64,000 nucleotides of DNA from a virus, in the IMG/VR virus record IMGVR_UViG_3300045738_001221, positions 12,367-76,366 of that record; one strand, given 5' to 3'. A model generated the notes under the pieces. The model saw only the letters and a list, made by a program, of their open reading frames with translations. It was not told the origin of the DNA and searched no databases. Of this stretch, positions 26,303-35,954 are shown piece by piece (positions within the stretch are counted from its first letter, which is position 1; each line of letters starts with the position of its first letter). A program made the translations under genes and the position numbers.

Positions 26303-27512
26303 AAATTTTATCAAGCACTTATCCTTTCTTCCAGCTATACCCTTGGTGGAATCCATACGCGCCAACCAGAAGGATATAAAGAAGAGGGGTAAGTCTGCTA
26401 TTCTTTTATGGATGGGAGGTGGTCCATCTAGTATGGATATATGGGACCTGAAGCCGAGAGCCCCTACTGGGGGGCCATTCAGACCTATTTCAACTTCTGG
26501 AGACTTACAAATTTGTGAGCACATGCCCCACATGGCAAAGCAGATGCATAACATGGCCGTCATTAGGTCCATGAGTACTTCTGAGGCCGACCACACTAGG
26601 GGCAGCTACTACATGCACACAGGCTACAAGCCCAACCCCACCATGGAGCACCCAAGCTACGGAGCTGTAGTATCGCATGAACTAAAGCCGGAGAACTTAA
26701 GCATACCCCCCTTTATATCAGTGGGCGGCAATAGTCTCGGTGGGGGCTTTTTGGGTGTTCGACATGCCCCCTTTGTGGTAAATAGCGACGGTCGCATCAG
26801 AAACCTTAACATGAAGGTAGATGCTCGTTTTCATCAAAGAGCATTTGCATTAGATGTCCTTGAAGATAACTTTATTAACCAGAACAGAGGGTCTATGGCA
26901 AAAGACCATAGAGATATTCTGAAACAAACCTTTGAGGTTCTTACGAGTGAACAAATGAATGCCCTAAAGGTGGCAGAAGAGCCAGAAAACGTTAAGGAGA
27001 GGTACGGTGACAATAGCTTTGGCAAGGGATGCCTGATGGCAAGAAGGCTTGTTGAGGCGGGTGTTCCGTTTGTTGAAGTAAGTCTAGGGGGATGGGATAA
27101 TCATCAGAATATTTTCCCAACTTTAAAGGACACGAAGCTTCCAATGCTAGACCAAGGCATGAGCGCCCTTATTGAAGACCTTGAACAAAGGGGCCTTCTG
27201 CAAGACACTGTTATTATTTGGATGGGAGAGTTCAGTAGAACCCCTCGCATCAATGGTAATGCCGGTAGGGATCACTGGGCCCGAAGCTGGAGCCTTGCTG
27301 TGGGGGGCGGTGGAATGAATACTGGCATTGCAATTGGAAAAAGCAATGAAGATGGAACGAAGGTAGAAACGACACCATATATGTCACAAGATATTATGGC
27401 TTCCGTATGCAAGGCCCTCGGAATACCCCTAAGCACAACCTTTACTAGTAAGAATGGTAGACCCATGAAGATAGCTAATTCAGGTAAAATTATTGGAGAT
27501 TTATTTTCATGA
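26292..27512 (+). CDS. DUF1501 family protein with Tat signal (second paralog)
   Basis: MQRRNFIK signal; ILLWMGGGPSSMDIWDLKP, CLMARRLVEAGVPFVEV, GWDNH, GEFSRTPRIN..GRDHW. Confidence 0.92.
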   Translation: MQRRNFIKHLSFLPAIPLVESIRANQKDIKKRGKSAILLWMGGGPSSMDIWDLKPRAPTGGPFRPISTSGDLQICEHMPHMAKQMHNMAVIRSMSTSEADHTRGSYYMHTGYKPNPTMEHPSYGAVVSHELKPENLSIPPFISVGGNSLGGGFLGVRHAPFVVNSDGRIRNLNMKVDARFHQRAFALDVLEDNFINQNRGSMAKDHRDILKQTFEVLTSEQMNALKVAEEPENVKERYGDNSFGKGCLMARRLVEAGVPFVEVSLGGWDNHQNIFPTLKDTKLPMLDQGMSALIEDLEQRGLLQDTVIIWMGEFSRTPRINGNAGRDHWARSWSLAVGGGGMNTGIAIGKSNEDGTKVETTPYMSQDIMASVCKALGIPLSTTFTSKNGRPMKIANSGKIIGDLFS

Positions 27513-27988
27513 TAAGCACATTAAAATGCGCTTGCGTAGCGCTAATGCTATTCGCATTCCCCGTTAGCCATTTGAGCGCCCAGCAAACCCAAGCCGAAGC
27601 TCGCATTGACTTACAGATGGAGATAAGCAAAACCGTTCAAGCCATTAGAGCGGTTACAAGACCAAAAGAAATATCCGACAGATCTAACCTTATGCAGGAG
27701 TTCAAAAACTTAGAGTATTCTCCAGCCGCTAGAGAGCTTGCGGTTGCGCGTAGGAAAGCCTCGCTCGACGGTAGGTTCCTCGGCCAAATGAGGAACTCTG
27801 TTGGCTATCGCCCCATTATTTCCTTTTTTCCTCAAGGAGACATGATGACAGTGGGACCAGTCATCGTTTCACCAGATCGTCGATATGTTAGAATAGGCAT
27901 TTCAGCGGCCAGAACAGGCATAGGTCATGTCCATACATTTAATTTCTCTACAGGAGAATACCGGAGACTAGACAATAGAGCACCATAA
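27509..27988 (+). CDS. secreted hypothetical protein with VSPDRRYVRI motif
   Basis: Sec-type signal peptide (..HLSA-QQ); motif resembles a segment of planctomycete secretin-like proteins. Confidence 0.55.
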   Translation: MISTLKCACVALMLFAFPVSHLSAQQTQAEARIDLQMEISKTVQAIRAVTRPKEISDRSNLMQEFKNLEYSPAARELAVARRKASLDGRFLGQMRNSVGYRPIISFFPQGDMMTVGPVIVSPDRRYVRIGISAARTGIGHVHTFNFSTGEYRRLDNRAP

Positions 27989-28001
27989 AAAGGGTGAAAA
28001 C

Positions 28002-28349
28002 ATGCGCAGCAAACTAATAATTTTTTTACTATTATTGAATCTTATTACTACTTTAACAGTCGGCTATACTCTCTATACCAACGATTCCGAATCGCGTGTC
28101 TTGAAAGTCCAACAGGAACATGAAAAATTTAGAAACAATGTATATCAAGGGTTAGGTCTTTTGATGAGTGGTCAATCCCAACTAAACATGAATCAAGATA
28201 GACTAAATATAGCCCTTTTAAGGATACATCATTTTGCAGAACCTCACGCTGATGCATTTTATGAAAATTGCCCAGAATGCCAACTGGAAAAGCAAAAAAT
28301 TCTAGAGGAAGAAAAGGACAGAATTACCGCCAGCTTAGGAGGAGACTAA
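28002..28349 (+). CDS. membrane-anchored hypothetical protein
   Basis: N-terminal TM helix; CPEC motif. Confidence 0.6.
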   Translation: MRSKLIIFLLLLNLITTLTVGYTLYTNDSESRVLKVQQEHEKFRNNVYQGLGLLMSGQSQLNMNQDRLNIALLRIHHFAEPHADAFYENCPECQLEKQKILEEEKDRITASLGGD

Positions 28350-28552
28350 TGGACTTTTTAAATATTACTAAATTTTTAGTTATCTTTGCCTTTTGCACCA
28401 TCTTCATCTGGGATGTTGCAGTTATGCTTTTTGCTAAAGACTTAAGTGCTACAATTAGCTATGCAATATATACAATATCTTGTGAACATCCTATAATATC
28501 CTTTGCAATTGGCGTTTTATGTGGTCATGTTTTTTGGCCTCTCAAGTCGTGA
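28349..28552 (+). CDS. small membrane protein
   Basis: GGAGGAG RBS, ATG 28349; hydrophobic; ends GHVFWP. Confidence 0.65.
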   Translation: MDFLNITKFLVIFAFCTIFIWDVAVMLFAKDLSATISYAIYTISCEHPIISFAIGVLCGHVFWPLKS

Positions 28553-28559
28553 GAAATAT

Positions 28560-29555
28560 ATGGTTAAAGTTGGCGTAGTCGGATATGGAACAATAGGAAA
28601 GCGTGTAGCCGATGCAATACTTCTACAGGACGACATGGAGCTTGTCGGAGTTACTGCAAATACTTATAATTATAGAATTAAAACGGCACACAAAAAGGGA
28701 ATAAAAATATTTACAATTGATTCCCTTTTACCCATATGTTGGCACAGCATAGATATAGCTGGTAACTTTGATGATCTAGTTAAGCGGTCTGATATTATTG
28801 TAGACTGCACACCAAAAGGCACTGGCCGCAACAACAAAAAACGGTATAAATATTATGGAACTAAAGCCATTTTTCAAGGAGGGGAAGACCCCGACATTGG
28901 CAAAAGCTTTGTTTCTCAATGCAACTATGATGAAGTCGTTGGATCGGACTTCATCCGGGTAGTTAGCTGCAACACTACGGGGCTTTGCCGAACCCTTTAT
29001 CCCATTGATCAAAACTATGGCATAGATAAAGTCCACGCCACCATGATCAGAAGGGCCGCTGATCCTTGGGACATATATCATGGCCCCATCAACGCCCTTG
29101 TTCCACATTTGATAGTCCCATCACATCATGGACCCGATGTTAGAACTATCATTCCCGACTTGGAGATATTTACCACCTCCATATCTGCTCCCACGACGTT
29201 AATGCACATGCACAGCATTACTGTTGATCTCAAAGTGGAACCTACCGTCGAGGAGACCATAAGACTATTTGAGGACACAACAAGGGTTCGCGTCGTACAC
29301 AATTCCGATGGAATACGGTCAACAGCCGAAATTATGGAATATGCTAACGATCTTGATAGGAGCAGGGGCGATATGCCGGAAGTGTGCGTATGGAGCGACA
29401 CTATTGGGGTGTGGAACAAGAAGCTGTTATATATACAAGCAGTCCATCAAGAAAGCGATGTGATTCCAGAAAACATTGATGCAATCAGGGCGTCGATGGG
29501 AATCTGTAATAAAAACGAAAGCATTAGATTAACAAATTCCAGCTTGGATATATAG
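28560..29555 (+). CDS. gap: type II (archaeal-type) glyceraldehyde-3-phosphate dehydrogenase
   Basis: GYGTIGKRVADA..QDDM, IFQGGE, VVSCNTTGL, RRAADP, PSHHGPDV, TLMHMH, AVHQESDVIPENIDAIRA. Confidence 0.92.
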   Translation: MVKVGVVGYGTIGKRVADAILLQDDMELVGVTANTYNYRIKTAHKKGIKIFTIDSLLPICWHSIDIAGNFDDLVKRSDIIVDCTPKGTGRNNKKRYKYYGTKAIFQGGEDPDIGKSFVSQCNYDEVVGSDFIRVVSCNTTGLCRTLYPIDQNYGIDKVHATMIRRAADPWDIYHGPINALVPHLIVPSHHGPDVRTIIPDLEIFTTSISAPTTLMHMHSITVDLKVEPTVEETIRLFEDTTRVRVVHNSDGIRSTAEIMEYANDLDRSRGDMPEVCVWSDTIGVWNKKLLYIQAVHQESDVIPENIDAIRASMGICNKNESIRLTNSSLDI

Positions 29556-29564
29556 GGAGACTAA

Positions 29565-30239
29565 ATGGCACGAAGAAACAACGGCTCAGTATCGCACCCT
29601 AGAAGAAAGCAATTAAAAGCAAAGACGCCCAATCAAGCCGAATACATCAATGCCATGGAAACATCTTCCGTAACATTTTGTTCAGGGCCTGCTGGTTCGG
29701 GAAAAACAAGCGTAGCGGTTGGGCTTGCCTGTAAATACCTGCTTTCAGAAAAAGTTAAAAGAATAATAATTACCCGACCCGTGGTTGAATCTGGCAGGGG
29801 TCTTGGACACCTTCCGGGCACTATGCTTGAGAAAATAAATCCCTACCTAATACCTATACTTGAAGAAATGGACATGTATTTAAGCAATAAAGAAGTTCAG
29901 AATTATATGGAAAAAAATATAATAGAACTTTGTCCCCTTGAATATATGAGAGGAAGAAACTTTCATGAATGCTTCATGATTCTTGATGAGGCCCAAAATG
30001 CAACATTCGATCAAATCAAAATGTTTGTTACCCGAATAGGAAGAAAGTCGAAGGCGGTTATCAACGGTGATCTCAGACAATCTGATTTAGGTAAAATGAG
30101 CGGAGGCCTCCACACTTGCATGGGTCGACTTGGGAACATTGAGGACGTAAGCATCTGCGAGCTTGACTATTCAGATATCGTCCGCAGCGATATCGTTGCT
30201 AAGATTTTAATGTCTCTAAATAATGTCCCCCAAGAATAA
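29565..30239 (+). CDS. phoH: PhoH family ATPase
   Basis: GPAGSGKT, TRPVVE, LGHLPG, YMRGR, DEAQN, GDLRQSD. Confidence 0.96.
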   Translation: MARRNNGSVSHPRRKQLKAKTPNQAEYINAMETSSVTFCSGPAGSGKTSVAVGLACKYLLSEKVKRIIITRPVVESGRGLGHLPGTMLEKINPYLIPILEEMDMYLSNKEVQNYMEKNIIELCPLEYMRGRNFHECFMILDEAQNATFDQIKMFVTRIGRKSKAVINGDLRQSDLGKMSGGLHTCMGRLGNIEDVSICELDYSDIVRSDIVAKILMSLNNVPQE

Positions 30240-30265
30240 TTTTTTGGCCGGTAATCCCGTTTCAG

Positions 30266-30274
30266 TGGTACAAT
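30266..30274 (+). promoter_or_regulatory. extended -10 promoter (TGGTACAAT)
   Basis: Intergenic, at the head of the recombination/replication operon. Confidence 0.5.
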
Positions 30275-30307
30275 ACTGTATGGACCTCTTGATGTTAGGG
30301 TAGACAT

Positions 30308-30688
30308 ATGCCAGAGTATAGTTATTTGTGTAAAACATGTGATCACAAATGGTCTGTTTTTACCACTCTTTCCAAATACAAGGACAGGATTAAGTGCCCT
30401 AGTTGCAAAAAAATAAAAAACGTTCACAGGGACTTCTCCGAAGACAATGTGTATGGAGGATATAGTTATTCCCTCAGCGAAACACAAACTCTGGGCCATT
30501 ATGCCGACAAGCAAACAAAAAAATATGGTAAGTGGAAGTGCGAAGACTTAAAAAGAAGTTTTAAAACAAAGAAAGTTGAAGGGGGCGGAGAGCTACCACA
30601 AGGAATGAGTCGTATGGAAAAACCTAAGGAGAGGCCGCAATGGACAAAGAACGAGAAACCAAAAAAGAGAAGGAACAAGAATAGATGA
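30308..30688 (+). CDS. FmdB family zinc-ribbon protein
   Basis: MPEYSYLCKTC...CPSC. Confidence 0.8.
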   Translation: MPEYSYLCKTCDHKWSVFTTLSKYKDRIKCPSCKKIKNVHRDFSEDNVYGGYSYSLSETQTLGHYADKQTKKYGKWKCEDLKRSFKTKKVEGGGELPQGMSRMEKPKERPQWTKNEKPKKRRNKNR

Positions 30689-31089
30689 GTAATTTTAAGA
30701 TAAATCCAGACAAGCCTGTGGAAATAACCAACGAGGACACCGAAGAGGATGTATCCTGTCTTTATTCCGTCATAGGCAAGCACGACTGGCTTGATGAAGA
30801 AGGCTTTCCAAGGCTAAACTCAGAAAATTTCGATGCCGGACAGGTTCATGCTAAGGTAGTTAGGGCGAAAGACAGAACCCCAAAGTTCTATGTAAAAATG
30901 GGCAGGTACGGCAGGTTTTTTAACCCCATTGGAATCTACAGCGAAGGCACTGAATACAAACAAAAACGTCACGCTGGACACCCAGAGTGGGAACTCAAGT
31001 CGGTTCCTCAAAAGGCGTTCAGCTTTTATATAAATTTTTTAAAGACAAAAAATGCCGCTTGGCTTAGTAATGCAGAAAGGGAAGTTTAA
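30685..31089 (+). CDS. hypothetical protein
   Basis: ATGA-coupled ORF in operon. Confidence 0.65.
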   Translation: MSNFKINPDKPVEITNEDTEEDVSCLYSVIGKHDWLDEEGFPRLNSENFDAGQVHAKVVRAKDRTPKFYVKMGRYGRFFNPIGIYSEGTEYKQKRHAGHPEWELKSVPQKAFSFYINFLKTKNAAWLSNAEREV

Positions 31090-31090
31090 A

Positions 31091-31396
31091 ATGGGCAAGT
31101 TATCTAAAGCAAAATCTCTCACTGAAGCGGAAAAGTACTGCATAGAGGGCATGTTATATAATGGAATGGGTGCTTCGGAAATTTCAAAAACATTAGGAAG
31201 AGACGAAGTCCTCATAGAGGAATTCATCAAGCAAGAAGAAGAGGGTGGTGGCCCAATGACCATTAATGAAACCGCCTCTGGCAGCAAGGGGGTTACTATT
31301 ATGACAGAGGCTGGCTCCTATAGGGTAGACGAAGCAAAGAAAAAAGACTTACCGAAACCCAGCACCGAGACTACCATCCATAAAATTCATGAGTAA
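31091..31396 (+). CDS. hypothetical HTH-like protein
   Basis: GMGASEISKTLGR; start taken at ATG 31091. Confidence 0.55.
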   Translation: MGKLSKAKSLTEAEKYCIEGMLYNGMGASEISKTLGRDEVLIEEFIKQEEEGGGPMTINETASGSKGVTIMTEAGSYRVDEAKKKDLPKPSTETTIHKIHE

Positions 31397-31820
31397 AAAA
31401 AGAAGCGACAAAAGCAACTATCCCTCTAGGTACTCCCCTCAGGGATGGGTTTCTGCGCCCCAATACATCACAGAATTTGTCTGCGAGAAAAAGGCAAGAA
31501 AAGATAACATAGATCTACCCATTAAATTCTGGGAGATCAAGGAATGGAAAAATTATTTTCGCTACCAAATTACGTTAGCGAATAAGCTCCTAAAGGAGTT
31601 CTCGGAAGACGCTATTATGGCTGCCCTCAAAGACAACAGGTGCTGGAAAACCTATTCCTTGCGTTCTCCGTTTCTCCGTAGCATAATTGAAGAGAAGCAA
31701 ATCGCCACAAAAGAAAGACACTCGGCTGACTATGAAATTATAGACAAGCAGGAAGTAAGCCACAAAACAAACAACAATAAGAAATCTATTATATCAAAGC
31801 TAAGGGAACTCGATGGATAA
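31389..31820 (+). CDS. hypothetical protein
   Basis: Overlapping operon ORF. Confidence 0.65.
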   Translation: MSKKRSDKSNYPSRYSPQGWVSAPQYITEFVCEKKARKDNIDLPIKFWEIKEWKNYFRYQITLANKLLKEFSEDAIMAALKDNRCWKTYSLRSPFLRSIIEEKQIATKERHSADYEIIDKQEVSHKTNNNKKSIISKLRELDG

Positions 31821-32799
31821 AGACATTATCAAAGAATATGGTAATGTTCTTCACGACGCTAGCTCAATTACCGAAAGACCTCTAAAGGTAATTTCTATCG
31901 GGCCGAAGCTAGACATTGCCTTGGGCGGGGGTGTCCCTGAGGGGTCTCTCTTCATAATGACAGGGCCAGAAAAGGTTGGAAAAACAGTCACCGCCTTAAG
32001 CTTTTGTGCAAACGCCCAGAAGAATCACCAGAGAGTTATCTATTATGCCAACATAGAGGGAAGGCTGCGGAAGCGTGATTTGGAAGGAATTTCCGGACTT
32101 GACCTCGACCCAGAAAAATTGCAAATTATTTCCTCAACGGAGGGAAATATCCTTTCGGCAGAAAAATATCTGAGCATTGTAGATAACATAGTTCACACGA
32201 AGCCCGGCGCTGTAGCTGTTGTTGACTCCTTTTCCGCACTGTCAAGCGAATCGGAATTGACCGGAGATCTCGAAGACGTTCAGGTCATGAGCGTGCAAAA
32301 AATACTTGCAAAGTTTTGCCGACGCATATCAAACGCTCTCCCCATCAATAGAGTAACAGTAGTGGGGGTTACCCACCTAATGGCAAACATACAGCGGTTT
32401 GGGAGAGGTAAGTCAAAAATTGAAAAGTCTGGAAGCGCGCTCAAATATCAGGTTGACGTTAAGCTTCACGCAACCCACTCGGTCCCTCTCATGCAGGGGA
32501 ATACCCAGATCGGCCAAACCATTCATTGGCAGATAGCTACTTCGGCCATTGGCCCTCCGGGTCAAAAGGTTGAAAGTCACATTCTTTACGGAAAGGGTAT
32601 CTGGAAAGAAATGGAGATTGCAGATTTGCTTGTTGACTTTGGCATAATTTCAAAAGCGGGGGCTTGGCTTAAGCTACCCAACGGTGAAAAGATTCAAGGC
32701 AAGACGAATTTAGCAAAATATTTAGAGGATAACCCAAAGGAATATAACGACTTCAGATCGCAGGTCTTTAAAATGGTGGGATTAAAAGATGAAGGTTAA
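31813..32799 (+). CDS. recA: RecA-family recombinase
   Basis: LDIALGGGVPEG, Walker A GPEKVGKT, VVDSFSAL, SGSALKY, AGAW. Confidence 0.9.
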   Translation: MDKDIIKEYGNVLHDASSITERPLKVISIGPKLDIALGGGVPEGSLFIMTGPEKVGKTVTALSFCANAQKNHQRVIYYANIEGRLRKRDLEGISGLDLDPEKLQIISSTEGNILSAEKYLSIVDNIVHTKPGAVAVVDSFSALSSESELTGDLEDVQVMSVQKILAKFCRRISNALPINRVTVVGVTHLMANIQRFGRGKSKIEKSGSALKYQVDVKLHATHSVPLMQGNTQIGQTIHWQIATSAIGPPGQKVESHILYGKGIWKEMEIADLLVDFGIISKAGAWLKLPNGEKIQGKTNLAKYLEDNPKEYNDFRSQVFKMVGLKDEG

Positions 32800-33163
32800 A
32801 ACGAAAGAAACTTGTGAGTTCAGAATTTATATAGGCTCTATTTACGAGCCCAATGGAGTCCCCTTCTATGAGAGTAAGCTGCTTATGGAGATAGGTAAGT
32901 TCCAAGACAACTATGGGATACAAATACCCGTCAGACTAACTAGAACGTCTTTTGTTTGCGGCCTAGAGTACGGAGAAGATGGCTGGGAAATAGCCATTAT
33001 AAACTATCCGAAACTGAAAGCTGAGATTGAAGACATTGAATTATTTTCTGAAAGATTAGCAGAATACCTATTGGATGTTTTTCAACAAAAAATAGTCACT
33101 CTCGTAACCCCCTTGGTATCTATCATGTATGAGGAAGATCGTGTGGCCCAACCGATGGAATAG
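32789..33163 (+). CDS. hypothetical protein
   Basis: Operon ORF; EDGWEIAIINYP. Confidence 0.6.
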   Translation: MKVKTKETCEFRIYIGSIYEPNGVPFYESKLLMEIGKFQDNYGIQIPVRLTRTSFVCGLEYGEDGWEIAIINYPKLKAEIEDIELFSERLAEYLLDVFQQKIVTLVTPLVSIMYEEDRVAQPME

Positions 33164-33165
33164 CA

Positions 33166-33582
33166 ATGAAAATAAGAGACCTAGACAATCAGGTCCAAAA
33201 CTGGAGGCTCCACGGACACATAGTTCGGGCCAACGACAGCAGGCCTAAATCAAAGCTTCATCTGAGGGCAAGAGACCTACTCGTACGGCTATTTCCCACG
33301 GTTCAAATTCTAGAAGAGGTAGGCATCCCCATAGCTAGAAACGAAAAACTGTTTTTGGATTTTTATATCAACACCCTTAAGCTAGCTGTTGAAGTTCACG
33401 GACAGCAGCACTATGAATTTAACTCCCTTTTTCACACTTCAGCACAGGATTTTCTGAATCAAAAGAAAAGAGACGCCAGAAAACGTGAATGGTGCGAGTA
33501 TAATAATATTACATACGTGGAGTTACCTTATAATGAGGACGCCGTCCAGTGGCATTACAAGATCGAGCAAAGGAACGCCTAG
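33166..33582 (+). CDS. Vsr/DUF559-like endonuclease
   Basis: LDFYI...AVEVHGQQHY, KRDARKREWC..NNI..VELPY. Confidence 0.8.
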   Translation: MKIRDLDNQVQNWRLHGHIVRANDSRPKSKLHLRARDLLVRLFPTVQILEEVGIPIARNEKLFLDFYINTLKLAVEVHGQQHYEFNSLFHTSAQDFLNQKKRDARKREWCEYNNITYVELPYNEDAVQWHYKIEQRNA

Positions 33583-34034
33583 AAGCCGTCGATAGGGTTC
33601 TGGACGAATATGAGGGGTCTCTAGGGCTCCCCTCTTATACGGCAGACTTCCACGACCCTTCTGTGCGAGAATACCTGAGTATGCCCAGAGAGCAAATGGA
33701 AAAACTTACGGTAGAGGAATGTGCCGAAGCTGCTCTCTTGCTGGGCGGCTTCTCTTTCTACTTACAAAGATCCTATAATAGAGAAGTAGCAAGGGTAAAT
33801 TGGTGTGCTTCCTCAATAAAGACAATGATTTCTGGCAGAGAGAGCCAGTACTCTGGGTCTTGGGATAGCCAATACCAGCAGGCTGTCCGAGAAGATAGTT
33901 ACGCATCCAAGATGAACAGAATTAAAGTGTATGCGCAACAAAGAGCAGACAGGATTACTTATTTGGCCAATTCTGTTAGAAATTTTAGCGACTTATTTGT
34001 TAACCTTCAGAAAGCAAAGATAAGCAGGACATGA
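33549..34034 (+). CDS. helical protein, possible recombination mediator (UvsY-like)
   Basis: All-helical; lies between recA and dnaB; function is inference only. Confidence 0.4.
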   Translation: MALQDRAKERLEAVDRVLDEYEGSLGLPSYTADFHDPSVREYLSMPREQMEKLTVEECAEAALLLGGFSFYLQRSYNREVARVNWCASSIKTMISGRESQYSGSWDSQYQQAVREDSYASKMNRIKVYAQQRADRITYLANSVRNFSDLFVNLQKAKISRT

Positions 34035-34510
34035 ACAAAGAAGATTTAAAAAGAGCATTAAAAGAGATGTCCAAGAAAGAACTCATGGAAGTCATTGCAG
34101 AAATGCAAGATGATAAAGCTTCTCCCGATCTACATTCTATTGACAAAACCAAAAAGAACCGCCGCCGAGGAAAAGGTGGAAGAAAGAAGAAGGCTCGTTC
34201 CACCAAGACGTTTGGAGCAAACAAGGGGGATAAAGCTCGCACCAGTCGTGTTGATACCTCTGGCAATCGTCCTAACAAGTTCGAGGAATTTATGAATAAT
34301 ACGGTTTTGTCGGGAACAGAAATGCGGGAGCTTGAGGAGGCGACCACCTCAGACAAATCAAACATAGACACCAAAAGGTCTCCACGGGCACGACATTCTT
34401 CTATGGTAGAGGTTAAGTGTAGAATATGTGAAAAAGAAGAAACCGTAGCCTCATCTCTGGTTCACGAAGCTGATCGCTATTTATGCAACAGTTGTTGCTC
34501 AAGGAAATAA
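34031..34510 (+). CDS. hypothetical protein with C-terminal zinc finger
   Basis: CRIC...CNSC. Confidence 0.65.
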   Translation: MNKEDLKRALKEMSKKELMEVIAEMQDDKASPDLHSIDKTKKNRRRGKGGRKKKARSTKTFGANKGDKARTSRVDTSGNRPNKFEEFMNNTVLSGTEMRELEEATTSDKSNIDTKRSPRARHSSMVEVKCRICEKEETVASSLVHEADRYLCNSCCSRK

Positions 34511-34511
34511 C

Positions 34512-35954
34512 ATGATTCTACAAGACTTGCCTGCCGAAAGAGCTATTCTAGCAGGCATCTTTCGCTATGGATCTGATGCCTATCTTGACACGGTAGACAT
34601 CATTGACGAAAACAGCTTTACGCTAGAGTCGAATATGTCCATATACTGTTGTCTTAAACATATTTTAGATAAAGACGATTCTTCAAAAGCCGACATTCCC
34701 TCGATACTCTCCACAGCAAAAGAAATCGGTCTAGATGATTTCTTTAATACTCAGGAAGTATCACACCTGTCTTCTATCATGAAGTTCCCGGTCCTTCTTG
34801 GAAACGTAAGGCGCTTTGCAGCCAAAGTAAGAAAGCTACAAATAGCCAGAATGATGTATGATCAGCTAGAGCTGACCAAAGAAAAGTATACCGAAATCAA
34901 GGGTGACGAGCCCATATCTCAAATACTGGGAATTGCTGAAGAATCAATATTTGATTTCACCTCAATTCTTTCCGACTCAGACGAAGCCCCCGGCAAGATG
35001 TTCGACAACATATCCGAATATCTAGAAGACCTTGCTAATGACCCAGTGGACCAGATAGGTATATCTACAGGATTCAATAGATACGACTTTGCTATCGGGG
35101 GAGGTCTTCGGAAAGGAACAGTCAGTGTCATTGGGGCTCGTCCAAAGGTAGGAAAAACTCTTTTGGCAGACAATATGGGAGTACACATTGCACAACGAGG
35201 AATTCCAGTCCTCAACCTAGATACCGAAATGAGGAAAGAAGATCATCTTAATCGGCTTATGGCAATGCTTACTGGGGTTCAAATTAATGATATCGAAACT
35301 GGCGCGTTTTCCAAAAGTCCGCTCCTGAAACAAAAGGTTTTCGATGCAGCTCAACATATTAAAGATATCCCCTACTACTTTAAGTCCATTGGGGGAATGC
35401 CCTTTGAGGATCAGATTTCCATCATGCGTCGATGGCTTGCCAAGGTGGTAGGCTTAAATGATAAAGGCAAAGCAAAGGACTGTGTCATAATTTATGATTA
35501 TTTAAAGCTAATGGACTCCGCCGAGATCAAGGGGGACATGAAGGAGTTTCAGGTTCTGGGATTTATGATGACGGCACTTCATAACTTTGCTCTGAGATAT
35601 GAGATTCCAATTTTATCATTCATTCAGTTGAACCGGGACGGCATCAATAAAGAAACTACAGACACTGCCTCCGGGTCTGATAGAATTATCTGGCTGTGTT
35701 CAAATTTCAGCATTTATAAGTACAAGTCGGACGAAGAGGTCGCAAAGGATGGCCCCGAAAATGGAAACAGAAAGCTTGTTCCCGTCATTTCTAGGCACGG
35801 AGAGGGGCTTGAGGACAGAGACTATATCAACATAAGAATGAACGGAGCCTACGCTAAAATAACCGAGGGTAAAACGGCATTTGAACTAGAGGACAATACA
35901 CACGAAGATGACCCAGAACAATACTCAACAGAACAAGACGTTCCATTCGTATAA
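34512..35954 (+). CDS. dnaB: replicative DNA helicase
   Basis: AERAIL, GISTGF..D...GGL, GARPKVGKT, DTEM, IYDYLKLM, QLNR. Confidence 0.93.
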   Translation: MILQDLPAERAILAGIFRYGSDAYLDTVDIIDENSFTLESNMSIYCCLKHILDKDDSSKADIPSILSTAKEIGLDDFFNTQEVSHLSSIMKFPVLLGNVRRFAAKVRKLQIARMMYDQLELTKEKYTEIKGDEPISQILGIAEESIFDFTSILSDSDEAPGKMFDNISEYLEDLANDPVDQIGISTGFNRYDFAIGGGLRKGTVSVIGARPKVGKTLLADNMGVHIAQRGIPVLNLDTEMRKEDHLNRLMAMLTGVQINDIETGAFSKSPLLKQKVFDAAQHIKDIPYYFKSIGGMPFEDQISIMRRWLAKVVGLNDKGKAKDCVIIYDYLKLMDSAEIKGDMKEFQVLGFMMTALHNFALRYEIPILSFIQLNRDGINKETTDTASGSDRIIWLCSNFSIYKYKSDEEVAKDGPENGNRKLVPVISRHGEGLEDRDYINIRMNGAYAKITEGKTAFELEDNTHEDDPEQYSTEQDVPFV

